Shown here piece after piece: positions 1 to 12,106 of a DNA stretch of 64,000 nucleotides (position 1 is the first letter of the stretch; every line of letters begins with the position of its first letter). The translations under genes and the position numbers were made by a program. The notes beneath the pieces are model-generated. The model was given only the letters and a program-made list of their open reading frames with translations. It did not search any database and was not told where the DNA came from. Source of the DNA: Eledone cirrhosa. Its lineage: Eukaryota. The stretch is from contig OZ024742.1 of assembly GCA_964016885.1 (NCBI GenBank), positions 98,270,001-98,334,000 on the forward strand, written 5' to 3'.

Positions 1-311
1 TAAATGCAGAGCTATATTCAAATTTTAACTTTAGTGTAAATGTCTTCTTACATATTTTATAAGTCCTTTGATGCTCGTTTACTCGTAAATCCAGAATCTT
101 ATCAAAGTTTAGAGACGTTGATTAAATTATGCATTTCAAATGAGATATTTGAATAAAGTGGTATACTTATAAACACATATATACAAACACACATGCAATC
201 ACATGCACACACACATACACACATATACTCTGTCATATATATACACAATATATATATGTAGATATAATCGTATATATATATTCGTATTTATGTATGTATA
301 TATATTCGTAA

Positions 312-365
<54 letters not shown>

Positions 366-576
366 GGGATAACAGATTATTGTTATATGTAGTCCACTTA
401 GGTGTAGTCCAGTTAGGGTACTCCGAGTAGTGGATGGTAAGTTTGACTCAACAAGGCGTTTCCATAGTGATGTTGCGAGTACGCGGTGATTTCTATGTTG
501 TTTACACTTGGAGTAATGATAAATCAAGAAAGAAGAGAGACACGGTTTGCTATATGAAAAAGGTTTTTAATCACAT

Positions 577-683
577 TGCTGACAATTGTTTCTCTGAACT
601 GTTAGGTCTAGAGATCGCTACCCGCCTGTTTTCGCGTCAATCGATCACCAATCTATAGTTGTAACCAGTTAATTCATCAGAGC
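577..683 (-). ncRNA. Type I hammerhead ribozyme motif with long stem II
   Basis: Minus strand: gct-CTGATGA-[~80 nt hairpin: aactg..gatcg..cgatc..cagtt]-GAAAC-AATT-GTC-agc. Stem I is gct/agc and the stem III loop is palindromic, as in PLE hammerheads. Confidence 0.7.
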
Positions 684-1200
684 TAGCGAAAATGAAGGGA
701 ATACACAGGCATGGCTTCTATATATAGTAATGGCATTGAATCAGAACAATAACAACAATACTAACAATGCTAGCAATAAATTATTTGAAATAATCACAAC
801 ATCAATCTAAGTAAGACATACTTACGACCTTAGCATGTAAAACGAGCTGATATGAGGCAGATGTTTGAAATTAACATGTAAAAGCTGTCATGGGTGTATT
901 ATATATAGTGTAGAGATAAGATGGGCTTTAAACTATGTACCATTTCCTTTACCGTAGGTTTGGTGACCGTAAGAATTATTTATTTTCTGACAGATAAAAT
1001 ATTTATCATTGTAGTGAGGATAGTAATTTTTTGTGGTGTGAAGTGGATTCAATATTTATGTGGTCTATATTAGATGAAGGGATTGTTAGTTTGAATTATG
1101 GGGTTATTTAGCTTTCACATCATCAATAACATACATGTATAAGATAACATTAACAGAGTAGCAATATAATAGGTAAGTTAATACAGAGGTTAAGGAGGCA

Positions 1201-1233
<33 letters not shown>

Positions 1234-1257
1234 AAACATGCTGACTACAATTATAAC

Positions 1258-1435
1258 TGTTTCTACTTTAGGCACAAGGCCAGCAATTACCCAGTGCATT
1301 ACTGGTACTTTATTTTATCGACCCCGTAAGGATGAAAGGCAAAGTCAACCTCGGCGGGATTTGAACTCAGATCGTAAAGGGACGTAACTATGCTGGAAAG
1401 CATGGCGTCCGACCATCTACCGATACTGCCAATCC
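1258..1435 (-). mobile_element. tRNA-derived SINE with Nin-like central domain, inserted in the PLE
   Basis: A box TGGCAGTATCGG, B box GAGTTCAAATCC, core GCCTTTCATCCTTACGGGGTCGATAAAATAAAGTACCAG. 11-bp TSD acaattataac at 1247-1257 and 1436-1446. The homologous PLE near 38710 has the empty site. Confidence 0.85.
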
Positions 1436-2109
1436 ACAATTATAACAACAGGAGGAAGGTGATGTTTTACTCTGGTCGTATTCTGAAAATGTACTTGGAT
1501 TTAGGTTCATCTGTTGAGAATCAAGGTTGGGGAAGTTGTGTTGACAGCAGCTGAGAAGGGATATATTTATGGGTTGATAAGATATTTGCAGACATTACTG
1601 TGGTATAGAATTAAGAAGGCTAGAATCTGCTTAATGAGTATTATAGTTCTGTGGTGGTCTGTGTAATAGTGTGGATATAATATGTTGAATGCTAAGTTAT
1701 GTTGGTTCGATTCACGGTGGCTTAAATCTTGTGAATTTAGTGGCGATCCTGTGTGTGCAGAAAATTGATCTTTCTATCTTGTTGTTGAGTAACCGTTTTT
1801 CATTCCTAAGGTTATACAGTAATTCAAGATCACAGAGCCTACAATAGGACATACCGGTACTGTATGCCCTTGCAGCCGCCAACCTCGACCAGTTGATATT
1901 GTAGTTGGTGTTATTGTCCTTAAGTTCCCAGATTTGTTTGGCGAGGGTTGTAGAACCTATAGTGCAGGGTTCTTCATCGAGTGCGAAAACAGGCGGGTAG
2001 CGATCTCTAGACCTACCAGTTCAGAGAAACAATTGTCAGCAATGTGATTAAAAACCTTATTTGTATAGCAAACCGTTTCACTCTTCTTTCTTGATTTATA
2101 TATATATAT

Positions 2110-3310
2110 AAATAATAGGAAAAGTGAGGAAGTTTCATTTACATATGAAAAATATATATTGTTTATCGACTTGTTTCGTGCATTTCGCAGAGGATTGGCT
2201 AAAGGTGAGCCATAGGATTTATGGACATGACTCCAGTATCGAAATGCTCCTCAGACTTGTGATGTGACAAAAAGATATATTCTCGTTGTGGTATGTCGGA
2301 CGAGAAGGTATATATATATATATAGGCATCGGCTGTATTTTTTTTTAGTGTTGGCGTATGTGTGTATTTTGGGGCATTTGGGGGGGGGGGGGGTCAATGA
2401 GCGTGTATTCACCAATATTCAGGTGCGTGTTTACGTGAGTGTGCGCGCAATTGAGGATTTGTGTCTGTGTGTGTGTGCGCGTGTGTGCGCGTTTTGGAAG
2501 GTGTATTGGTCAGTCAAATACTCTCCATTGCTTCCGCAACACATAACAGGGCAATGTCGTCCTCCTAGGCTGAGCGGGGCGCGGGTGTCTGGCTGCTCTC
2601 TGGTGCGGATTTGTGGAAGGTTTGTTGCGTTGTTTCGTTGGTCGTTGTTGGTCCGATGGTTGGGACTGTCATATTTGCTTGCAACTTGGAGTTTGTGGTT
2701 CGGTGCAGATTCAGGGATACAGTGGGAGGTGAAATATCCGATCTTTTTCGGTTGATGGCATTATCAAGCTCTCAAAGCTAGGTGTTGTTGAGAAAGCGTA
2801 CTTGACCGTGTGCCTTTTGAAGATCTGATCGTATCTATGAGTCGGGGGGAAGTTCTGGTCAAGGGCCCTGAGGAATATTCATGGGATGTTCGTACGGACA
2901 TGCGTAAAGTAAGGATCATTGAACCAGCTCACATGCCTATTGCGGGATCTACTGTGTGCGGAGGATGGCCTTTCTGTGGCGTTGTAGTAGGCAGACTGTG
3001 CTGGCGTCGGACGTGCGTTGGGTGAAGTTGTCCTGCTGTCAGTCGTCGCAGTACGGAGTTGCCTGCGGTTATCCCCTTGGTGAATAGTAATTTCCGGGAT
3101 CAGGGACTGGTTAGTTCTCTGTTCAGTGGTGATGGCAGATCGAATGTGGTCGAAGGGTTTGGAACTCCTACTGCCGGTTCGTTCTTTGTCAGGAAGGCGA
3201 CCGACAGGTAGTTGTGGGTGGGAACCTAGGTTTGGTTGGTTCATCCGGTTTGAAGGCGGACATTGTTGTTATCAAGGCTGGTTGTGGTGTTGTTTCCAGC
3301 TGCGGGAGTA
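2110..3310 (-). mobile_element. Degenerate Penelope-like element (Hydra-like RT-EN linker region and pLTR)
   Basis: Minus strand reads RNRHVSWFNDPYFTHVRTNIP*IFLRALDQNF..HRYDQIFKRHTVKYAFSTTP, homologous to FFSLLDKNFPLGHKYHNLLNKNTIKISYSTTP in ORF 26188-27081. Hammerhead-like motif at 2168-2254. Confidence 0.65.
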
Positions 3311-3459
3311 GAAATGCTGTCGTCATATATGGTATATGGTCCATGTGTAGATCTGACCACGAGGCAATGCATGTATGTATATAGGTCTTAGTCCGCCTAT
3401 ATGCCTGTACATAGAGTGCTTGATTTGGCACCAACAGCAGTATTTCACTGTACTACCTA

Positions 3460-3523
<64 letters not shown>

Positions 3524-3645
3524 AAAAAAGGAAACGAATTTCATTTCTCACTCTTAGTACGGCTTATACCTAAATATACGTATATATACGTACATACATA
3601 TATGTGTACAGACGCATAGTAGTATATATATATATATACATACAT

Positions 3646-3679
<34 letters not shown>

Positions 3680-3944
3680 GTACGTATGGGTTTACCGAAC
3701 ATTTATTATAATGTTCGGTTTGTTTGTAAACAAATAGCCCGAATTACGCCGTACAGTGCTCGGCATCCATCCTCGCCCTTTTGTTCAACACTGACACAAG
3801 AACGGTGTACTAGTTGCAAGCTTATTAGCTATTGTCAGCATCGTATACCTTTCTGTCAGATGATTGAACGTCTGAAAGTATATACTATGCATATTAACGG
3901 CTGAGCAGGCTAATTTGCATATCGAGTGAGTTAGTCGGCCGGGC

Positions 3945-4928
3945 ATACGGAAAACGGACCAAAAGAGCATTGAGGAAATTCCAGAGGTGATAGACCTCAA
4001 TGACGGCAGCCACCTCACCGTAATCGTTGGGGGTAGAAGGCCTAGGTGTGTCGTTTGTGGTGAAGGAACCCACCTAAAGGCTTTCTGCCCTCAGGCTAAA
4101 AAGTTGAGGCCACCTCTCTTACACACCCCAGAGACTAAACCATCAGCACCACCAGCAGCAGAAATGGCAGCAACAACTGTAGCAGCAACAACAGAAGCAA
4201 CTGTAGCAGCAACAACCCCAGCAACAGTAGCAAAACCAACACCACCACCACCCACTGCGCCAGAACTAGCACCGGTGCCTCCACCATCCACCACGCCACA
4301 ACCAACGCCTGTGGAGGATATTCCACTCCCCGAGCTATCGCAACTGGAGACAGATTGTGACGACGATGAGTGGGAAGCTGTACCAGGTAAAAAGAAAAAA
4401 AGAAAAAAGAACCCCCAAAAGAAAAAAAAAACTCTTCCTTCCCCCTCCACAAACAAAATACAGGGGGGAAACAAATAAATTAACAAACAAAAAGGTTAGG
4501 ACAGATATGCCACCATCCACACCAGCATCACCAACCCCATCACCACAAACACCAACACCATCACCATCATTAACCCCAACACCACAAAAGTCCCCAAACA
4601 GCGAAACAGAAACAAACCCACAACAAACGCAAACAAAACAAAACAAAACAACCAAAAAGATACACACTACACAGCATTAAATTTGAACAACAACCAGTTA
4701 TTACACTACATCCAACACAACACCAGCATCACAGAAAAAGACAACACAACACCCCAAAAATTCACATCACCTCCACACATACAAATCACTCGTATCACAC
4801 AGAAAACGTACACGACACTAAAACAAAAAATTCTCAAGGGCATCGGAGACTTCCGACAAGCACTCTCCAGGAGGATTTATAAGGACATCCTTCCGGAGGA
4901 GGCCACAAGCAGTGAGAAGGATGGATAA
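3945..4928 (+). pseudogene. Tx1 ORF1 (gag-like) C-terminal part, frameshifted
   Basis: CVVCGEGTHLKAFC (CX2CX4HX4C), a Pro/Thr-rich tract, then acidic and basic patches (DDDEWEAVPGKKKKRKK). Confidence 0.8.
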
Positions 4929-4992
4929 ACCATCCTTCCTCAACGAGAAGTAAGGTAAGTGGTCTTACCCATCTTTTCCACTCATTTTCAAC

Positions 4993-7737
4993 ATGACTTC
5001 ACTCAGAATAGGCAGCATAAATGCGCGTGGCTTGGGGTCGTCATGGAAGGGCCACCTGCTCGACGACCTCAGGTCACTAAACATAGATGTGGTGGCCATC
5101 AGCGAGACCAGAATCTCCGAAGCACGGGCCTTCGCACCGATCTTCGGCGGCTCCCATGTGTACGCATCTCCCAGCCGTCCGGGATCGGGGGAGGTGTGGC
5201 TGTACTTTTTCGGAGAGGTTTGGATCTCGCGATCCGGGCCATCTTCCTGGACACAGAAGGTAAGTTGGTGGTGCTGGACGTAACCAGCTGAGACGGACAA
5301 GCTTTCAGGCTAGTGGACGGGTATGCCCCAACAGGAGCCGGGCGGCCTGATTTCTTCCGGCGTCTGGAGAACTTCCTTGGAACGTCCCGCTCTTTAGTGT
5401 TAGTGGGTGACTGGAACGGCATCTTAGATGCACCCTGGGACTGTACGGGATTAGCGGATAGGGGAGGAGGGTGCAAGAGCCTCACCAACCAGCTCAGGCG
5501 TTTTGAACTGTCTGACAGGTACCGATTGGATTTCCCGAATGTGCCAATGTGGAATTGGACAAACCGCATCGGGTTATCCAGATCATATCTAGATAGAGTA
5601 ATTTGAAGGGAAATAGATTGGTCTAGCATAGGCTGTCTACATTTCAAGATAGTCAGCTACACGGACCACAAATTCCTGATCTCCGTGGTTGACATAGATA
5701 GGTTTCATAGACAAGGACCCGGCTACTGGAAGCTGAACGCGTTATTACCAGCGCGGAGAGCCTACAGAGACCGGATTAGCGAAGTAGTTAAGCGGGCGTT
5801 GACGGGGGACATCGTCAACAACAAGTGGTGGTTTGCTCTGAAAAGAGCGATTAGAATAGAATCCATTAGGTTTAGTAAGGCTTTAGCAATAGAGAAAAAT
5901 AGAGCAGAGGGAGACCTTATTAGAAAATTAGACGAGGCGCTTAACAAAGGCATCGCGACTGACGTATTGACCAATTCTTCAATGCAAAGCACGGAGGCTG
6001 CGTTGTCAGCTGGGGTGTGTGCTCTCAGACACGAGGGGACGGAAGCCGTTCAATGGGCCCGAGTGGCTACTCGATTCCGGGCAAACATGTGAAGCTTTTC
6101 AGCGACACTTCGCTCAGATGTTCGGGGGCAGCGGCGGGCCGGATTGAAGTATGGACTTTAGTGTGTACCTCGACGGACTGCCGCCACTCTCGGCCACTGA
6201 GGCGGAGTGTGGAGAAAAGCCGATAACAGTAACTGAAGTACGGGAGGCAATGACTGGCTGCACAAGGGGTAAATCGCCTGGTTTGGATGGTCTGCCCTAT
6301 GAACTATACGTACAGTTGCCAAACTTGTTCGGAGACCTCGTGGCGGACGTCTACTGCAGCTGGCAACAGAATGGGAGAATTCCCAGCTCTGTGAGCCTAG
6401 GAGCTGTGGCGTTGCTGACAAAGGATCCGAACAAGGGGGATAACATAGATAATTTCAGGCCTATAACACTACTATAACTCTACTAAACACAGAGTTCAAG
6501 ATTTGGGCCAAGGTGCTAGCAAAGAGGTTGGCACTTGTCGTTGGTGGTCTGGTGGGCAGACATGCGCCATTCCAGACAGATCCAGATACGACAACCTCCA
6601 CCTCATGCGATACATCGTGGAGAGGGTAGCTAGGGAACCTGGAACGGGTGGGTCCTTGACCAATTTAGATTTTTCGAAAGCTTTTGATAGGGTCGACCAT
6701 CGTTATCTGGTGGCAGTCCTGAAGGCGGCAGGCTTTGGGCCCGTCTTCAGAGGCTGGATCGCTGCCATGCACAGCGACATCTGATCTGTGATGAGAGTGA
6801 ACGGTCACCTTTCGGAATCGTTCAACATCATGCGCTCGGTCCGCCAAGGATGTCCCCTCTCGTTGCTATTGTACGTATTGACTCTCGAGCCATTCCTGCA
6901 CAAACTGGAGACGTTGAGGGAGGTCCCGCGCAAAATAGGATGCGGAAGATCCGTGTGGGCATATGCGGACGATGTCACCGTAGTGGTGTCGAACGCCAAA
7001 CACATCGAGATGATCGGCACTACACTAAGAGAATACGAAGCGGTGACAGGAGCAATTATCAACCAGGAATAGTCGGTAGGCCTGCAGATTCGCACCTGGA
7101 GAGACAGGTCCATGCCGTCCAGCAGCGTGGTCGGGTGCTGGACGGACGGACCGGTTAAATTGCTAGGAGTCTGGTTCTGTCCGGACCTCCAGACTGACAA
7201 AACTGGCACGAGGTGACGAGCAGGGTGGCTTCTCTAACCCAGAAATGGAGTAGCGGAGGTGGCTAACGCGTACATCGCTCCGTCATCTACTACCGCCTGA
7301 CCGTCATGCCTTGTCCTAAGCCTTGCCTGACTGCGCTGGAGCGTTCGCTCTTTCGCTTTTTGTGGAAGGGACGCGCTCCGATGGTCAGGCGGTCAATCTG
7401 CTGTCAACACCCGCTACGTGGAGGGCTGGGCATGCCGTGGCTGATGAATCGCAGACACGCGCTCAGGCTACGACATCTCCACCTCTTCCTCGACGGTGAT
7501 CAGGTGTGGTCGCCGTTTGCTAGACACGTTTTTCCCCAGCTCGTCTCCTTGACGGAGCTGCAGTCCTGGGTCAATCGAAGACCGAGAGGGAGCGCTTGGA
7601 GACTGGAATGTCTTCAGGCGCTCACAGCCCTCGACCACTCGGACAATGTGATCGGTGGAAGCTCCACCTTGGCGTTCTATAGAGGATTAGTGAAGGGGAA
7701 GTGCGACGACGTACTTGGGGAAACTCTAGGCGTCGAC
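4993..7737 (+). pseudogene. Tx1 ORF2 (APE endonuclease + reverse transcriptase), disrupted
   Basis: GSINARGL, ISETR, YAP, VGDWN, SYLDRV, TDHK, GYWKLN; KSPGLDGLPYE, NFRPITLL, DFSKAFDRVDH, VRQGCPLS, YADDVT. Multiple stops and frameshifts. Confidence 0.92.
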
Positions 7738-7875
7738 TATTGGGGAATTTTTCATTGTTCTTTTATTACATACTCTGTTTTTTTTAACACGCAGAAATGC
7801 CCATCTGTACCGTCCTGTATTGTCCAGTACTGTCCTTAATGTCTACTTTGTGTAAACCCTTGTGGTTAATAAAGA

Positions 7876-7897
7876 AATAATAATAATTATTATTATT
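7876..7897. repeat. (AAT)n/(ATT)n junction between Tx1-A tail and R4/Dong-1 tail
   Basis: aataataataattattattatt. Confidence 0.9.
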
Positions 7898-10800
7898 TTT
7901 CAATTTATCTTGCTTTATGTTCATACGAGTTATCACCAAGTCACAACCAGTGACCTCAAGAGAAAACAAGGTCCGCCCTGTTCAAGAAAGAACATACATA
8001 CACACACATGCATTCCTTTAGGTGTTTAGACTTGTGATGTACTTATATTGACAGAACCTTCCTTAGTATATGGGAAGTTCCCATTAGTACTATCGTTTGT
8101 ATTTCTCCTATACGCGTGTTTCCTATCTTTTGTATTTCTCCTATACGCGTAATCATTAGACCCCTTAGTTATCAGTCCTAGAGCACCTACAACCACTGGT
8201 ATTGTTTTAGTTCTCAATTTCCACATATTTCCAATTTCTATCTCCATGTCCTTATACTTGCTCAATTTTTCAAATGTTTTTATAGATACATTCTTGTCTA
8301 TTGGAACGGCCATATCAATTAGCAGGCATACCCTCTTTTTAATGTCCTTCACTATTATATCAGGTCTATTTGCATCTAGTTTTCGGTCTGTTTGGATGCT
8401 AAAGTTCCACAAGATTGAGATGTGATATTTTTCAAGTATGGGAGGTGGTTGATGCTCCCACCAATTCTTTTGATGGGGCAGGTCAAAATGCTTACACATT
8501 ATCCAATGTATGTATTGTGCAGCTCTGTCATGCATGTTTAGGTATTCGGTTGGAGCTATAGGGCTGCACATTGAAATTATATGATCAATGGTCTCTGGGT
8601 GTTTTTTACATACACGGCATAATGGGTTGCATCCATTATTTATTATGTTGGCTTGGTAATTTTTTGTTGGCAGACTCCGATTTCAGTCTAGAGGATGCCA
8701 ACTACTGATGGGTTAAAGTTTTGTCAACATCAGGATTGTTAGCTCTTTCTGGGTATTTTCCAGACAGAGGCTTTTCTTGTTATTTTTTAGCCAGTCTCTG
8801 TAGCAGTCCTTTCTTTGCAGTTACTTTTTTTTAGCCAGTCTCTGTAGCAGTCCTTTCTTTGCAGTTACTTTTACCTGCTTTTCTTTTTCTGTGTATTCCA
8901 TTTCAGCAGTAAATGGGACTTCTGAAATGTGTAGTCCATTACTGTATCTTTGTGCATCTTTTGTAATGTAGTATGATCTTTTGATGCTTTCGTATTTCAA
9001 AACGAATTTGATCATCCAATAATGTGATTCCCTTAGATATGTAGATAATCCAATTGTTGCAGTTTTCAACGCAATAACTAACTGGATTAGTTGATGACAT
9101 TGTAACTGTAGGTTACTACTGGTATGGCAAGCGTGCTTATGGCATCGATCCTATTTCTTGCATTCTATTCCGTTCTTAAGATTGCTCTTACTCTGCGGTA
9201 ACATTCCTTCCTTATCCTTTCCCTCATTGTCGAGTGCTTGATTCCGTCTCCTTCACAAACACCTAGATATTTGTAAGTTTCTTTTTGATCAAGTTCTCTT
9301 ATCACATTCCCCCGATCAAGATTAATGTCTGAACTTTTCAGCAGCTTTCCTCTGGTGAACGTTGCTATGGCGCATTTATCTAGACCAAACTCCATTTTAT
9401 TGTCAACACTGAACTGCTCCACAGTGGATAATAGCCCTTGCAATTGTTCATCATTTTTTGCAAATAGTTTCAGGTCATCCATGTCTAACAAGTGATTAAT
9501 GGTTTTGTCATAGAGTTTATATCCATGTTTTATTTCATTGAGCATTTTACTTAATGGTATAAGTGCGATGCAGAATAAAAGCGGTGATAATGAGACACCC
9601 TGAAAAATTCCACAATTAATATTAACTTCTCCAGCTTCCAGTGATTTCTTTTTCACTATTCGAAAGGAGTGTCGTTTTCCATGTCTTCATACTGAATGAC
9701 AGGAACCTCCAATTGTGTGGCAAACTATCGAATGATTTTTTATAATCTATCCAAGCAATTGATAGATTTTTGTGTCTATTATGACAATCTTCCAGTATCA
9801 TTTTGTTAACCAAAATCTGATCCTTACAGCCATATGAGCCTCGTTTACACCCTTTCTGCTGATTGGGAAATAGATCATTTGTGATCATATGTATATTCAG
9901 TTAGGACTGTTGTTAACATTTTATACGTTGTGGTCAAGCAAGGTATCGGTCTGTAATTTTTGGGATTGTTTGTCTCATCATTCTTCGGAAGCAGGAATGT
10001 AATGCCGTTAACTAGTCATGATGGTATCTTTTCTGGCTCCTTAACTATTTCATTGTAAAGTTGGGCTAACAGCTCATGAGACTCTGTGAAAATTTGGTAT
10101 TTTGTCTTTTCCTGGGGATTTCCATTTGCTGGTTTTTCTAAGAGCCAAACGCAAGTGTTCAACTGTTATATTTTCCCATATTTCTTCCTCAAGGAGAGCT
10201 GTATCTTTCATTTGTCTGTCTATCCATGGGGAATGTATATTGTGAACTTTTTCTTCGGCCCAGATCTTTTCCCAGAATTCCTGCACTTCCTCCTTGGGTG
10301 GTATTGATTTAGCAGTTATTGTTGACTTGCCAATTTTTCTGTAGAAGTTTATTTGGTTGTTTTTGAACATATTTTGTCCGTATAGAATCTAGATCGTTTT
10401 TCAAAGCGCCTTATAAGAGTAGCTTTGGCCGACACCTTTTGCTTGATTATTTCTATCAGCATGTCTATGTCACTTGTTGATTTTATACTGTATTTTCTTT
10501 TCAATTTTCTAAGTTTAGTTTGTTTAACTACTTTGTAGTTTGTTAAAATTTATGTCAGATCGGAGAAGGTTTATTTGGCGATTGATGTTCTCTTGTCAAG
10601 TAGATTTCTTGTGGGAATTCCTTTGTTTTTTCATTTTCACTCCACATAATTGAGTGGTGACTTTAGCCGATGCATAATACAGATGATTTAAATCAGTAAT
10701 GTTTAGTTTGTTTGTGATGATAATATTTTTGAGAATTATGTTAGTCTTGTGTATTATCTTTTGGTTCTGTTTGGAGTTCTGGATCTTAGGGAGGGTGTCT

Positions 10801-11555
10801 CGTTCCCCCATGTCAGATTCTTTCATTTTCATCCATTCCATCATAATTTCATCCTTCAATTTACGATCTCATTGTTTTCATTTTGAGTTTCATCTTGAGC
10901 ATGCACTCCCTCCACTTTTTCGATCCTTTCTTTAATTTGTTGTTTTCAGTGATTCCGCCCCAACCCTGGGATTCGAAGTGTTACAATTTACCTCGTTTTC
11001 ACTGACACATGTTTCATTTTCCCTTCGCTGATTTTGTGCTAATAGCTTGATCTGATCAATTTCTATATCAGATAGTAAATTTTTTTTAACAATATTTCTT
11101 CGTATATTGGCTAGTTTGTTACTGTCAATATAGCCTCTGTTTACGGGATGTTTCTTTTTCCAGTAGATATATGTCTGTTCTGTATTCGAACTATTTGATG
11201 GGTAGTACATGGCAGTGAAGAAAGCCTCAAGAACTTCTTAATTGTCTTCCCTTGATCATTTTTCTCTCTTTTTCTTTGGATTTCTTGGTGGTGAGCATGG
11301 AGGGCCAACAGTAGAAGTATTCCGGTTATGGGAGGTCTCCAGCTCCGAAGTGATGGGAAGGTTTTAACCATTAGCTGATTTTTCGACCCCAGACTGGTTC
11401 CTCTCTGAGGGACGCGGCCCTTTTTGACCCGGGTGACGGCCGATCCGGTATGAGATTTTATCATTTGACATTTACTTTATTTTGTCGCGTTTTATCCTTA
11501 ACCACCAAGGGGTAATCATTTCGTGTTACCACTTCTAGGACAAGTGTCAACCAAG
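7898..11555 (-). mobile_element. R4/Dong-clade non-LTR retrotransposon, copy 1 (near full length, single ORF RT + CCHC + RLE, disrupted)
   Basis: N-terminal LANIRRNIVKKNLLSDIEIDQI; WKSPGKDKIPNF, QQKGC, AWIDYKKSFDSLPH, GIFQGVSLSPLLF, HLLDMDDLKLF, YKYLG; MHD..YIHW, NRPDIIV, LIDMAVP, EKLSKY, PVVVGALG (restriction-like endonuclease). No APE domain. Sense tail is (AAT)n. Confidence 0.88.
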
Positions 11556-11563
11556 TATTATTA

Positions 11564-11616
<53 letters not shown>
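11556..11616. repeat. (ATT)n junction between R4/Dong-1 head and Tx1-B head
   Basis: About 20 ATT units with one G interruption. Confidence 0.95.
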
Positions 11617-12075
11617 GAATGCCATGGTTGACGGAGGCTCGGCTCTGTAAGTTATTGTAATTTTTAACCGTTATAACAACTGTAAATTGTTTAAAACTAG
11701 AACAAAATTGCAGATAAAGATACCCTCCTCCTCGTGAGAGGGTCTTTCTGCCCGTTAATTGGCCCTTCGGGGTTAAATAACCAGTTATTGGGGTTTTGTG
11801 TCCAATATTCATAAATGTGGTGTCGCCTCTGTCGCCTCTTTCGCATGTGACGCCATTAAAGAAAAAGTAAAATGTAGTTTCTCGTAGTGTTCTTCATCAA
11901 GAGAACGCGCGTACCGTGGAACAACAACAACGAAAGATGTGTGCGGTAAATACGGAAAGCCATTTCATTCGTCTGACGTCATGAAGAATAGCAGCAGCAG
12001 CAGTAATAACAGCAGCAGCAGCAACAGTGGCGAGGAAAATACTAGTAGCAGCCGCAACAACATCAGCAGAGCATA

Positions 12076-12106
<31 letters not shown>

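Larger units (their letters stand above)
365..2098 (-). mobile_element. Penelope-like element (Hydra-like) 3' remnant: end of GIY-YIG domain, pseudo-LTR and inverted partial pLTR
   Basis: Minus strand ~1715-1960 reads STTLAKQIWELKDNNTNYNINWSRLAAARAYSTGMSYCRLCDLE...LLNNKIERSIFC, homologous to ORF 38278-38490 and the C-terminus of ORF 26188-27081. 1975-2098 is an inverted copy of ~520-645. (TA)n on both sides. Confidence 0.8.
3945..7875 (+). mobile_element. Tx1/L1-clade non-LTR retrotransposon, copy A (5'-truncated, internally deleted)
   Basis: ORF1 remnant with CCHC knuckle, then APE endonuclease and RT motifs. 3' end CCTTGTGGTTAATAAAGAAA followed by an AAT/ATT run. Closely similar to copy C. 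Confidence 0.92.

Noticed and set aside
203-430. Many YIYIYI / CVCVCV / THTHTH ORFs across the window (e.g. 29767-30365, 49508-50975, 57062-57903)
   Set aside because: Translations of dinucleotide microsatellites that lack stop codons; not genes.
1340-1435. tRNA gene
   Set aside because: The A/B boxes belong to a SINE head; there is no complete cloverleaf.
8783-8868. ~43-bp tandem duplication in Dong-1 (also 18-bp repeats near 8100-8150 and a 25-bp repeat at 19203-19253)
   Set aside because: Ordinary local slippage in decayed elements.
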